Shown piece after piece: positions 28,865-37,646 of a stretch of 64,000 nucleotides of DNA. How positions within the stretch are numbered: the first letter of the stretch is position 1; each line of letters opens with the position of its first letter. A program made the position numbers and the translations under genes. Origin of the DNA: an uncultured Dehalococcoidia bacterium (GTDB lineage: Bacteria > Chloroflexota > Dehalococcoidia > UBA6926); contig CAZZAN010000001.1 of the NCBI GenBank assembly GCA_964653005.1, positions 237,898 to 301,897 on the forward strand. The letters are read 5' to 3'. Under the pieces are notes generated by a model. It saw only the letters and a program-made list of their open reading frames with translations, was not told the DNA's origin and did no database searches.

Positions 28865-31612
28865 CTACGCCGCTCTGTCTTCCTCTTCTTCCAGGGCTAC
28901 GTCTATCGTTCGAGAGATGTCCTCAATCTGCCGTGTCAGTTCGGCAGCCGAATCCCGAATATTCTCCAACTCCTCGCGCAGCCGTTGTATGACCGTCAGT
29001 GGTGTAATGCCGTCATCGGCGGTTTGCGGCCGTGTCTCGCGGATGGCCGTCGTACCACCTTGCCTCGCAAGCAGGTTATTGAGAGATTGACCCAGGGACG
29101 GAAGCATCACGGGTTCTTCGCCCTGCTGCACCAGCACGACGCGCGTCAACTGCGGATATTCGATGTCCTCTGCCTTCAGGTAAATCGGTTCCGCGTAGAT
29201 GATGTTGTCGCCCACCGGGATGACGAGCAGGTTGCCGCGCAGGACGTTCGATCCGGCCTGGTCCCACAACGTGAATTGCTGGGAGATATCGGGGTTCGTC
29301 GTAATGCGGGCCTCGACCTGCTGCGGGCCATCGATCTGTCGTTCCTTCGGGAAGGTATAGGCAATGAGTGAGCCGTAGTTTTCGCCATCGTTGCGGGCTG
29401 CGAGCCATCCCACAAGGTTGGGTTTGCCGTCGGGTGTGAACGGCATGATCAGCACGAACTCCTCCTGGTCTTCACCCGGCAAGCCCATGATGAGGTAGTA
29501 GGGCTCCATGACCTGTGCCTGGTCGCTGAAGAACAGCTCCAGCGGGAAGTTCCACAAGTCCTCCTGGTTGTAGAAGACCTGCGGGTCTGTCATGTGGAAC
29601 TTGAGGTACTTATCGGCCTGGATGGTGAAGAAGTCCTCCGGATAGCGTAGATGCGAACGCAGGGCTTCCGGCATTTCGCTCATCGGCTTGAACAGGTCCG
29701 GGAACACGCTCCTGTACGTTCTGATGATGCCGTCCGATTCATCAGCGACATAGAGATCAACAGAGCCGTCGTAGGCATCGATAACGGCCTTGACGCTGTT
29801 GCGGATGTAGTTGAAGCCGGTCGGCGACGGTTCAGAGTACGGGAATCGGTCACTGATCGTGTAGGCGTCCTGCACCCAGTAGAGCTTGCCATCCGCCACG
29901 ACGATATAGGGATCGGAATCGAGGGCAAGGAACGGTGCAAGATGGCCAACCCGCTCCTGGATGTCACGGAAATACAGGATCTGGCTCTCATCCGTGATTG
30001 CGCCCGTGATCAGGATGTTGAGATCGGTGAATCGCCACGCAAACAGGATGCGAGACAGCAGGCCGCTGATGGAGACACCTTCCCCTTCAAACGACTGGTA
30101 GACCGGTCCGGCATCCGTTGGATGGTCAAATTCAGGAGTCGTACTTCGCACAATAACCCAATCGTCCGTTGCCTCGCCGAAATAGACCTGTGGAACGTCG
30201 ACATGCGGCGCGCCGGTGACCGGCTCCGGCGGTATGTCCTGCAGGAAGAACTCCGGCAGGCCGTCCTGGGTGAATTCCGTCACGGGGCTCATTGCCGCGC
30301 CATATCCGTGCGTGTACTGCAGCCGCTCGTTGACCCACGTCTGCGCCTGCGGATCCAACTGGGATTGCACCAGTTCTCGCGTGCCGACCATCACCTGGCG
30401 ATAATCGCCGTCAATGGTGTATCGGTCTATGTCGATATCGAGGAACGAGTATTGCAGCCGGAAGAATTGGATCTGGTTATAGACATCGCGGAGCGGACGG
30501 TGATCCCAGAGGCGGATGTTTTCAAATGTGCCCGGGTTATCGTCCACGATCTCATGGGTGATGCTCTCCGGGTTTGAATCGTATGGCTGCTCCTCGATGC
30601 GGTTGAGGGCAAATCCTTCCCTCGTCATCTCGATGCTGCGCTCAATGTAGGTTTGCTCGCGCTCAAACTCGTTCGGTTGCACCTGGAAACGCTGTACGGC
30701 TGCGGGCAGGAGTCCGGTGCCGACGGTCAGCGCAAGGAACCAGATGCCGATTGCCGCCAATGGCAGGCCCTGCCAGCGGAGGAATGAGTTGGCCGCAAGA
30801 ACGATGGACACGATGATGCTGATGACAATCAATGCTCGCAGCGCCGGCTGACGAATCACCACGTCCGTGTAGGCTGCGCCATACGCCGCGCCCCGCGCTG
30901 AATAGAGGAGTTCCTGCAGGCTGAGCCAGTAGCCGATGGCAAGCAACAGGAAGAAGATGACACCCAAGCCTGACAGGTGGGCGCGCAGGGTTGGCGTCAG
31001 CGAGAACTGGAAGCCGCCAAGCGCGAAATTGATGGCATAGATGCCCACGGCAAAGAGGGCGTTGACGATGACGACGCCCAACGCCCACCCCTGCAGGAAT
31101 CGATAGAAGGGCAGGTCAAACAGATATGCTGCCACGTCGCGGTTGTAGAGCGGGTCTGTCAGGTTGAACATCTCCGCGTTCGTGAACCGCAGCGCCGTCT
31201 CCCAATACCCGGACGCCGCCGCGCCAAAGACGATTGACAAGAGGACGCCGGCAACGACGAGGCCGATGATGACCAGCCGCCGCGCCCATGTGAGCGCCTC
31301 AAGCGGTATGTTCAGCGCCGCTTCCGGCGAGATGCCCTTCGGCGAAAAGCGCTCTGCCAGGTAAACGTTCGCGGCAAAGATAGCAGCAAAAACCAGCGCG
31401 CCCAGCACGAACAGGGCGACTCGTGTCGTCAGGATGGTTGTGAAGACGGACAGATAGCCAAGATTGTCGAACCAGAGCCAATCGACGTAGATGTTCGCGG
31501 CTATCGTGCCGCCAATCCAGAGGAGAAGCAGCGCGCCGAGCGGAATCGCCCAGTTGAGGATGGAAGAGAGCCGGGGCGGTTCCCGCCGTTCGAATTCGTC
31601 CAAAAAGCTCAC
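28865..31612 (-). CDS. UPF0182 family large membrane protein
   Basis: 915 aa. N-terminal multi-TM region plus a long extracytoplasmic domain. Its start overlaps the argB stop by 4 nt. Confidence 0.8.
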   Translation of the reverse strand: MSFLDEFERREPPRLSSILNWAIPLGALLLLWIGGTIAANIYVDWLWFDNLGYLSVFTTILTTRVALFVLGALVFAAIFAANVYLAERFSPKGISPEAALNIPLEALTWARRLVIIGLVVAGVLLSIVFGAAASGYWETALRFTNAEMFNLTDPLYNRDVAAYLFDLPFYRFLQGWALGVVIVNALFAVGIYAINFALGGFQFSLTPTLRAHLSGLGVIFFLLLAIGYWLSLQELLYSARGAAYGAAYTDVVIRQPALRALIVISIIVSIVLAANSFLRWQGLPLAAIGIWFLALTVGTGLLPAAVQRFQVQPNEFEREQTYIERSIEMTREGFALNRIEEQPYDSNPESITHEIVDDNPGTFENIRLWDHRPLRDVYNQIQFFRLQYSFLDIDIDRYTIDGDYRQVMVGTRELVQSQLDPQAQTWVNERLQYTHGYGAAMSPVTEFTQDGLPEFFLQDIPPEPVTGAPHVDVPQVYFGEATDDWVIVRSTTPEFDHPTDAGPVYQSFEGEGVSISGLLSRILFAWRFTDLNILITGAITDESQILYFRDIQERVGHLAPFLALDSDPYIVVADGKLYWVQDAYTISDRFPYSEPSPTGFNYIRNSVKAVIDAYDGSVDLYVADESDGIIRTYRSVFPDLFKPMSEMPEALRSHLRYPEDFFTIQADKYLKFHMTDPQVFYNQEDLWNFPLELFFSDQAQVMEPYYLIMGLPGEDQEEFVLIMPFTPDGKPNLVGWLAARNDGENYGSLIAYTFPKERQIDGPQQVEARITTNPDISQQFTLWDQAGSNVLRGNLLVIPVGDNIIYAEPIYLKAEDIEYPQLTRVVLVQQGEEPVMLPSLGQSLNNLLARQGGTTAIRETRPQTADDGITPLTVIQRLREELENIRDSAAELTRQIEDISRTIDVALEEEEDRAA

Positions 31613-32421
31613 GCTGTTGCTCCCGCCGTTGCGGCTCGTTCAGTCTCTCGAACTATGCGCGTTCCGGTATCGTGCTCAAGCGCGTCGCGCAGAGCATTCG
31701 GAACACGGCCATCAATAATCTGCGCCGTCTGGGCATGGGCAAGCGCATTCAGGCACGCCGTTACCTTGGGAATCATGCCGCCGGTAATGACTCCTTCGTC
31801 TATCAACTCCTGTACCCGCGCCTCTGACAAATTGGGCAGCAGTTCTCCGTTAGCGTCCAACACACCCGGCACGTCCGTCATGAAAATGACGCGATCCGCC
31901 TCCAGCGCGCCCGCCAATGCCCCTGCCACGGAGTCCGCATTGACGTTCAGGAGCCTGCCCTTGTCGCTCGCGTCTACGGAGACTGGCGAAAAGACGGGGA
32001 TGAAATCGTGGTGCAGCAGGCCGACGATGAGGTCGGTTTCGATAGAGGCAACTTCACCCACGCGGCCAAGCTCAGGGTCCTTCACTTCGGCAGCGATAAC
32101 CGCGCCGTCCGCGCCGGTCAGACCAACGCCGCGTCCGCCGGCCTCTCCGATGGACGCCACGATGCGTGTATTGACCAGGCCGCAGAGAACGGCCGTGACG
32201 ACGTCCAACGCCTCATCACTCGTAACACGTAGGCCGCGAACAAAGGTCGATTCGACGCCCACCTGGTCGAGCCATTGAGATATCAGTGGGCCGCCGCCAT
32301 GGACGACAACAGGCCAAACGCCCTGCCTCTGCACGGCCACGAGATCCCGAAACGTCGTATCTTCCGGCCCCAGAGCGTTGCCGCCGATCTTGACGACTAT
32401 GCGCGTGTTTTCTGCCATCAC
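31609..32421 (-). CDS. argB: Acetylglutamate kinase
   Basis: 270 aa. VVKIGG...VVVHGGGP... Confidence 0.9.
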   Translation of the reverse strand: MMAENTRIVVKIGGNALGPEDTTFRDLVAVQRQGVWPVVVHGGGPLISQWLDQVGVESTFVRGLRVTSDEALDVVTAVLCGLVNTRIVASIGEAGGRGVGLTGADGAVIAAEVKDPELGRVGEVASIETDLIVGLLHHDFIPVFSPVSVDASDKGRLLNVNADSVAGALAGALEADRVIFMTDVPGVLDANGELLPNLSEARVQELIDEGVITGGMIPKVTACLNALAHAQTAQIIDGRVPNALRDALEHDTGTRIVRETERAATAGATA

Positions 32422-32508
32422 TTCCCAAGCTCAATCTGATGAGGAAACAGCATTCAGACTACCAGAGTACCCAACGCGGTGTTGAATGGCAGTGAGACAC
32501 AGGCGGCG

Positions 32509-33744
32509 TCAGGTGGTGTATTCACCATTGATGCGAACGTATTCATAGGAGAAATCACACGTCCACGCGGTGGCGGAGCCGCCGCCGATTCCCATCTCGA
32601 CATCGAACCGCACTTCGGCCTGCTTCATGCGCTCAACGGCCTCGTTCCTGTCAAAGGGGACGGCCTGCCCGTTCTCCAGCACGCAGATGTCATTGAAGTG
32701 CAGGGTGACTTTGGATTCCTGCATCTCGACCCCGCTGCGGCCAAGAGCCATCATCACCCGGCCCCAGTTGGGATCATTGCCAAACACAGCGGTTTTGACC
32801 AGGGGCGACGTGGAGATGACGCGGGCGGCCTGCCGGGCGTCATCATCACTTAGGGCGCCGGTCACGTTGATCTCGATGAGTTTCGTGGCGCCTTCGCCGT
32901 CCCTCACGATGGCCTTTGCCAATTCCATCGAGACATGAGTGATGGCCTCTTCTATGAGTGTCTCATCTTCTCCGCCGGTGACCAGAGCGTTGCCGGCTGC
33001 TCCGTTGGCGATGACGATGAAGGTGTCATTGGTAGACGTGTCGCCATCCACGCTTATCACGTTGAACGAGCGATCGGCGGCCCGCTGAACGATGCCATTC
33101 AGGCAGTCCTGCTCAATGGCGGCGTCCGTCGTAACGAATGCGAGCATCGTTGCCATGTCCGGATGGATCATGCCGGAACCCTTGGTTGCGCCCGCAACAG
33201 TCACAGTCTTGCCACCGATCTCTACCGTGACGGCGCTTTCCTTTGAGACGAGGTCCGTGGTCATGATTGCGAGCGCAAAGTCGTGGCCGGCATCATCGGC
33301 GAGAGCCACGGCATCGATTCCGCTGCGCATCACGTCCATAGGCATGGGAACGCCAATGACACCGGTGCTGCAGACAAGCACTTCCTCCGGGCGCAGCCCA
33401 AGCTTCCCGGCCACCATCCCTGCAGAGGCGCGGGCGTCCGTCATGCCCTGATCGCCGACAGCCGCGTTGGCGTTCCCACTGTTAACAACGACGGCTCGGG
33501 GGGCCGCTTTGCCAATATGCTCGCGGCTAAGGACGACGGGCGCCGCCGTCACCTTGTTCTTCGTGAACACCGCCGCGCCCGTCGTCTCGCCATCGGCGGC
33601 GAGTATGGTCACGTCGAGCACGTCTTCCGGCGTGTCTGAGCGGATGCCGGCATGAACGGCGCCAGCGCGAAATCCGCGCGGCGAGGTAACTGAGCTGTTC
33701 TCAAGTGGCGTGATAGTCATTTTGTGTAACTCCAGGACGGACAC
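32509..33744 (-). CDS. argJ: Bifunctional glutamate N-acetyltransferase / amino-acid acetyltransferase
   Basis: 411 aa. ...ATKGSGMIHPDMATML... autoproteolytic Thr region. Confidence 0.9.
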   Translation of the reverse strand: MSVLELHKMTITPLENSSVTSPRGFRAGAVHAGIRSDTPEDVLDVTILAADGETTGAAVFTKNKVTAAPVVLSREHIGKAAPRAVVVNSGNANAAVGDQGMTDARASAGMVAGKLGLRPEEVLVCSTGVIGVPMPMDVMRSGIDAVALADDAGHDFALAIMTTDLVSKESAVTVEIGGKTVTVAGATKGSGMIHPDMATMLAFVTTDAAIEQDCLNGIVQRAADRSFNVISVDGDTSTNDTFIVIANGAAGNALVTGGEDETLIEEAITHVSMELAKAIVRDGEGATKLIEINVTGALSDDDARQAARVISTSPLVKTAVFGNDPNWGRVMMALGRSGVEMQESKVTLHFNDICVLENGQAVPFDRNEAVERMKQAEVRFDVEMGIGGGSATAWTCDFSYEYVRINGEYTT

Positions 33745-33840
33745 CTATTGTCCGTCTCCAGACTCTAAGATACATCCTATGGTTGTAGAGATTCCCGTAC
33801 CATAGGCAGGACTGACTCATTTCGATCGAGGTCACTTCAT

Positions 33841-36120
33841 ATGACTGAAGCAAAAGAGGGCACACGCATCGTTGGGCGGGGCGTTCAACGCGTCGATAGC
33901 GCTGAACGCCTGACCGGCGAGGCCGTGTTCGGCGCGGACCACACCACGGAGGGCACGCTGTACGCCAAGCTGGTCCGCAGCCCATACGCCAATGCGCGCG
34001 TCCTCAGCATCGATGTCTCAAAGGCCGCGTCCATGCCCGGCGTGCGCGCAATCGTCACGTCCGCCGACTTTCCCTATATCGCCATGAGCAACCAGGCCGT
34101 CGGCGGCGAAATCACCATGACGCCGCGTGATCAGCGGCGGATGCAGATGGCGGAGGACCGCATCTTCTACCACTGGCAAGCCGTTGCCGCGATCGCCGCG
34201 GACGACGTGACGACTGCTGAGGAAGCCGCCGCGCTCGTTGAGGTTGAGTATGAGCCGATTGAGCCCGTCGTTGACGTAGAGCGGGCCGTTCGGCCTGAGT
34301 CATCTCTCGTTCATGATGATCTCTATACGTGGGAGTTCGCCGGCGGGCCGTCCGACAAACCCAGCAACATCGCCCGGCGCGTTGAGTTCGAACGCGGCGA
34401 TGTCCAGCAGGGATTCGCCGAAGCGGACATCGTCATCGAGCGAACGTTCCGCGGCGGCACCGTCCACCAGGGTTACCTAGAGCCGCAGGCATGCACGGTG
34501 GACGTGGGTGAGGACGGCCATCTGACCGTCTATTCCTCCAGCCAGATCAGCTTCAACCTGCGCGACACCCTGTCCATCATCCTCGGCCTGCCGCAGGACA
34601 AGATCACCGTCGTGCCGCTTGAGATTGGCGGCGGATTCGGGGGCAAGGCGGGACTTGGCATCGAGTTCGTGACGGCGTTGCTGGCAATGAAGGCGCGCCA
34701 ACCCGTCAAGCTCGTCCTTGCGAGGGAAGAGGTCTTCCGCGCATCCGGGCCCACGTGCGCCCATGTCATCAATCTGCGGATCGGCGCGATGCGAGACGGC
34801 ACGGTGACGACGTTCGACGGCCGCTACCTGCTGGACACCGGCGCGATGACCGGGTTCACGCACTCCGCCACCGCCGCGCTGACCGGCGCATCGCATTACC
34901 GCTTCAAGCATCTGCACATCGACGCCTATGACGTTGTGACCAACAAGCCCGTCGCGATGGCCTACCGCGCCCCCAGTGGCCCCATCGGGAACTACCCCAC
35001 CGAGGTCGTGATGGACGAGCTGGCAGAGGAGTTGGGTATGGATCCCATCGATCTGCGGCTCAAGAACGTGACGGAGGAGGGCGACCCGCTCCCCAACGGC
35101 CTGAATATGCCCGTCTGGGGCCTCAAGAAGATCCTGCTCGCCGCCAAGGAACATCCCGCATGGACGGACCCGATCCCTGAGGGACATGGGCGTGGCTTTG
35201 CGGCGGCGTATTGGGGGGGTACGACGCTCACGTCAAGCGCGGAGATCGTCATCAACCCGGACGCGACGTTTGAGGTCACGACGGGCTCCGTCGACCTCAC
35301 CGGCACGCGAACCACGATGGCGCAGTTCGCCGCGGAAGAGCTCGGCGTGGAGATGGAGCAGGTCAGCGTCCGCAGCGGTGACACGGACTCCGTCGGTCAT
35401 ACGGACGGCTCGTTCGGCAGCCGCACGACACTCACGACGGGAACCGCCGTGATGCTCGGCGCACGCGATGCGCTGGAGCAGCTGCGCGCCGTCGCGGCGG
35501 AGATGCTGCGTGTGGAGCCTGAGTACGTCGATTACGACAATCAGACCTTTATGGCGCGGGATTCCGATCGAAGCATCACCTTGGCTGATGTCTGCCAAGC
35601 GGCAGTGGAGGCCAACGAAGGCGAGGAACTGAAGGTCATCAACATGGCAACGGGGCTGCCTGCTGCGCCGACATCCGCTGCGTCCATCGCGGAGGTTGCG
35701 GTCGACAAGGCAACCGGCCGCACGGAGATCAAGCGGTTCACAATCTTCCAGGACCCCGGCAACGCGATCAATCCGCTGGCCGTCGAAGGCCAGATGCAGG
35801 GCGGCGCGGCGCAGGGCATCGGCTGGGCGCTGTGGGAGGTGTACGACGTCGACGTGGCGACGGGCATGATTCGCAACCCGAATTTCCTGGACTACCGGAT
35901 GCCGACGACGCTGGATGTGCCGATGATCGAGCCGGTCATCGTCTCTACACCGAACCCAAGCGGACCGCACGGAGCGCGGGGTGTGGGCGAAATTCCGTTG
36001 GTGACGCCAGTGGGCGCAATCGGCAACGCCATCTACCACGCAACGGGCGTCCGCCTGCACCAGACGCCTTTCACGCCGGAGCGGGTCTTGTGGGGGCTGA
36101 AGGAGTTGGGGGAAGAGTAG
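33841..36120 (+). CDS. Molybdopterin-binding large subunit of a xanthine dehydrogenase / aldehyde oxidase / CO-dehydrogenase family enzyme
   Basis: 759 aa with the typical family domain order. Confidence 0.85.
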   Translation: MTEAKEGTRIVGRGVQRVDSAERLTGEAVFGADHTTEGTLYAKLVRSPYANARVLSIDVSKAASMPGVRAIVTSADFPYIAMSNQAVGGEITMTPRDQRRMQMAEDRIFYHWQAVAAIAADDVTTAEEAAALVEVEYEPIEPVVDVERAVRPESSLVHDDLYTWEFAGGPSDKPSNIARRVEFERGDVQQGFAEADIVIERTFRGGTVHQGYLEPQACTVDVGEDGHLTVYSSSQISFNLRDTLSIILGLPQDKITVVPLEIGGGFGGKAGLGIEFVTALLAMKARQPVKLVLAREEVFRASGPTCAHVINLRIGAMRDGTVTTFDGRYLLDTGAMTGFTHSATAALTGASHYRFKHLHIDAYDVVTNKPVAMAYRAPSGPIGNYPTEVVMDELAEELGMDPIDLRLKNVTEEGDPLPNGLNMPVWGLKKILLAAKEHPAWTDPIPEGHGRGFAAAYWGGTTLTSSAEIVINPDATFEVTTGSVDLTGTRTTMAQFAAEELGVEMEQVSVRSGDTDSVGHTDGSFGSRTTLTTGTAVMLGARDALEQLRAVAAEMLRVEPEYVDYDNQTFMARDSDRSITLADVCQAAVEANEGEELKVINMATGLPAAPTSAASIAEVAVDKATGRTEIKRFTIFQDPGNAINPLAVEGQMQGGAAQGIGWALWEVYDVDVATGMIRNPNFLDYRMPTTLDVPMIEPVIVSTPNPSGPHGARGVGEIPLVTPVGAIGNAIYHATGVRLHQTPFTPERVLWGLKELGEE

Positions 36121-36187
36121 CACCCCAGATAAGTCAGGTGTGCGCCCACAGTCTTTGAATCCTTAGCTCCGTGATCAACAATTAGAT

Positions 36188-37576
36188 ATGGGTCGGTCAC
36201 CCGAGAATTTCGAATCAAGGCCTTCTTGGCGGGGGCGTCCCGTCTCTGCGCCACCCGGCATGGGAGAAAGGCCGCCTGGCTATCCCCATTCTGGCGGCAA
36301 CGGCTCTGGCCCACCTTGGGCTCGCATCATCAGCGTGCTTCTGGGGCTCGCCGTTATCGGCATGCTGGTCTTGGTGGTCGGCCTCTCTTCATTGCTTGAG
36401 GAAGAGGAATCCGCGCGTATTTCAGCTGAGGAGGAGGCAGCAGAGGCCACTACACAACGCGATGAGGCCATCAGTGGGGCGAACGATGCCATTGCACGAG
36501 CGAATCAGGAAACGATTGCGCGCGCGACGGCTGAGGCTGAGCAGTCTGAGGCTGAGCAACAGGCCCAAGAGGAGACACGGTTGCGCGCGACGGCTGAGTC
36601 GGAGACGCGGCGAGCGGAAGCAGCAGCAACGAGGGAGTCTCGCCTCCGAGCAACAGCTGAAGCAAGTCTAGATGACGTCGAAAGGGAACTAGAGGCAGCG
36701 GCGGGAGAGAACACGGAGACGATTGAGGGGCTTGAACTATTGGCTGCTCTCTCCTTTGCGCTAACGAGTCCCACTTTGTGGGGGCTACTTACTGGAGAAA
36801 TCAACGTCTACTTGGAACCATTGCCTCCCTATGCAACCCGAAGTGCCCGCACCGCACGCGACGATATCATAGATTCCCTGGATCAACGAAGGCACCACGG
36901 TGCTGTCGTCCAGGTGACTGACGACCCTGACGAGGCCACCATATACATCAAGTGGGTACGGGACTACGGCGATGACCACTTAGGAATTGCGACAGATTCG
37001 GCCGTTATCCATGTCGGGCTCGGTAGCACAAATTGTAACGATGAGTGGCAAGCATTCGACAGGAACACTGTAGTGAAGGTGCTCTGGCACGAAATTGGCC
37101 ACGCACTTGGGTACGAACATAGCAACGATGCCATGAATATCATGTACCCGTTCGTCGAGACCCGGTTGGAGATTGAGCATGATATTGATGACGTTTTGTC
37201 TTCAGACTGGTGGTGGACCATCCCATTCTGCGAAGAAGGGGAGTACCGCTACTCAGTTGAAACTGACGAACGGAGCCACGGCTTCGAGATAGCAGTCCTG
37301 CGTCCGGGAACGACTGGCGACGACTTCAGTTCTGGAAGCGGCAGAACCTACTCCGGCTGTGGCAACGGAGAGTGGCAAGCATATTCCGACACTTGTGATA
37401 TAGGTTTGGGTTCTAGCCTCTACATTTACAACAGTGAGGATGAAGCGATCCGTCTAAGCGGCCAGATTATCCGACTTGACCAACCCGAATGGCCAGACAT
37501 GCAGTGGGACGAGGACGCCTTCTACTACGACGACGAAACGCTGGATTACTACCGCGAGTTATTCGCGGAAGGGTAG
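36188..37576 (+). CDS. Membrane-anchored matrixin-like (metzincin) zinc metalloprotease with a Glu/Ala-rich coiled-coil stalk
   Basis: 462 aa. Pro/Gly-rich N-terminus, TM (IISVLLGLAVIGMLVLVVGL), EA-rich repeats, then HEIGHALGYEHSNDAMNIMYP (HExxHxxGxxH plus a Met-turn). The 3' two-thirds have clearly lower GC. Confidence 0.65.
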   Translation: MGRSPENFESRPSWRGRPVSAPPGMGERPPGYPHSGGNGSGPPWARIISVLLGLAVIGMLVLVVGLSSLLEEEESARISAEEEAAEATTQRDEAISGANDAIARANQETIARATAEAEQSEAEQQAQEETRLRATAESETRRAEAAATRESRLRATAEASLDDVERELEAAAGENTETIEGLELLAALSFALTSPTLWGLLTGEINVYLEPLPPYATRSARTARDDIIDSLDQRRHHGAVVQVTDDPDEATIYIKWVRDYGDDHLGIATDSAVIHVGLGSTNCNDEWQAFDRNTVVKVLWHEIGHALGYEHSNDAMNIMYPFVETRLEIEHDIDDVLSSDWWWTIPFCEEGEYRYSVETDERSHGFEIAVLRPGTTGDDFSSGSGRTYSGCGNGEWQAYSDTCDIGLGSSLYIYNSEDEAIRLSGQIIRLDQPEWPDMQWDEDAFYYDDETLDYYRELFAEG

Positions 37577-37611
37577 GCACAAAGCTGTCATAGACCGCTA
37601 AGAGCTTCTAG

Positions 37612-37631
37612 ATTCCCGCTTTCGCGGGAAT
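37612..37631. terminator. Candidate bidirectional terminator hairpin between convergent genes
   Basis: attcccgc-tttc-gcgggaat forms an 8-bp stem. Flanking U-tracts are weak. Confidence 0.4.
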
Positions 37632-37646
37632 GACGAGGCGGGGAGC

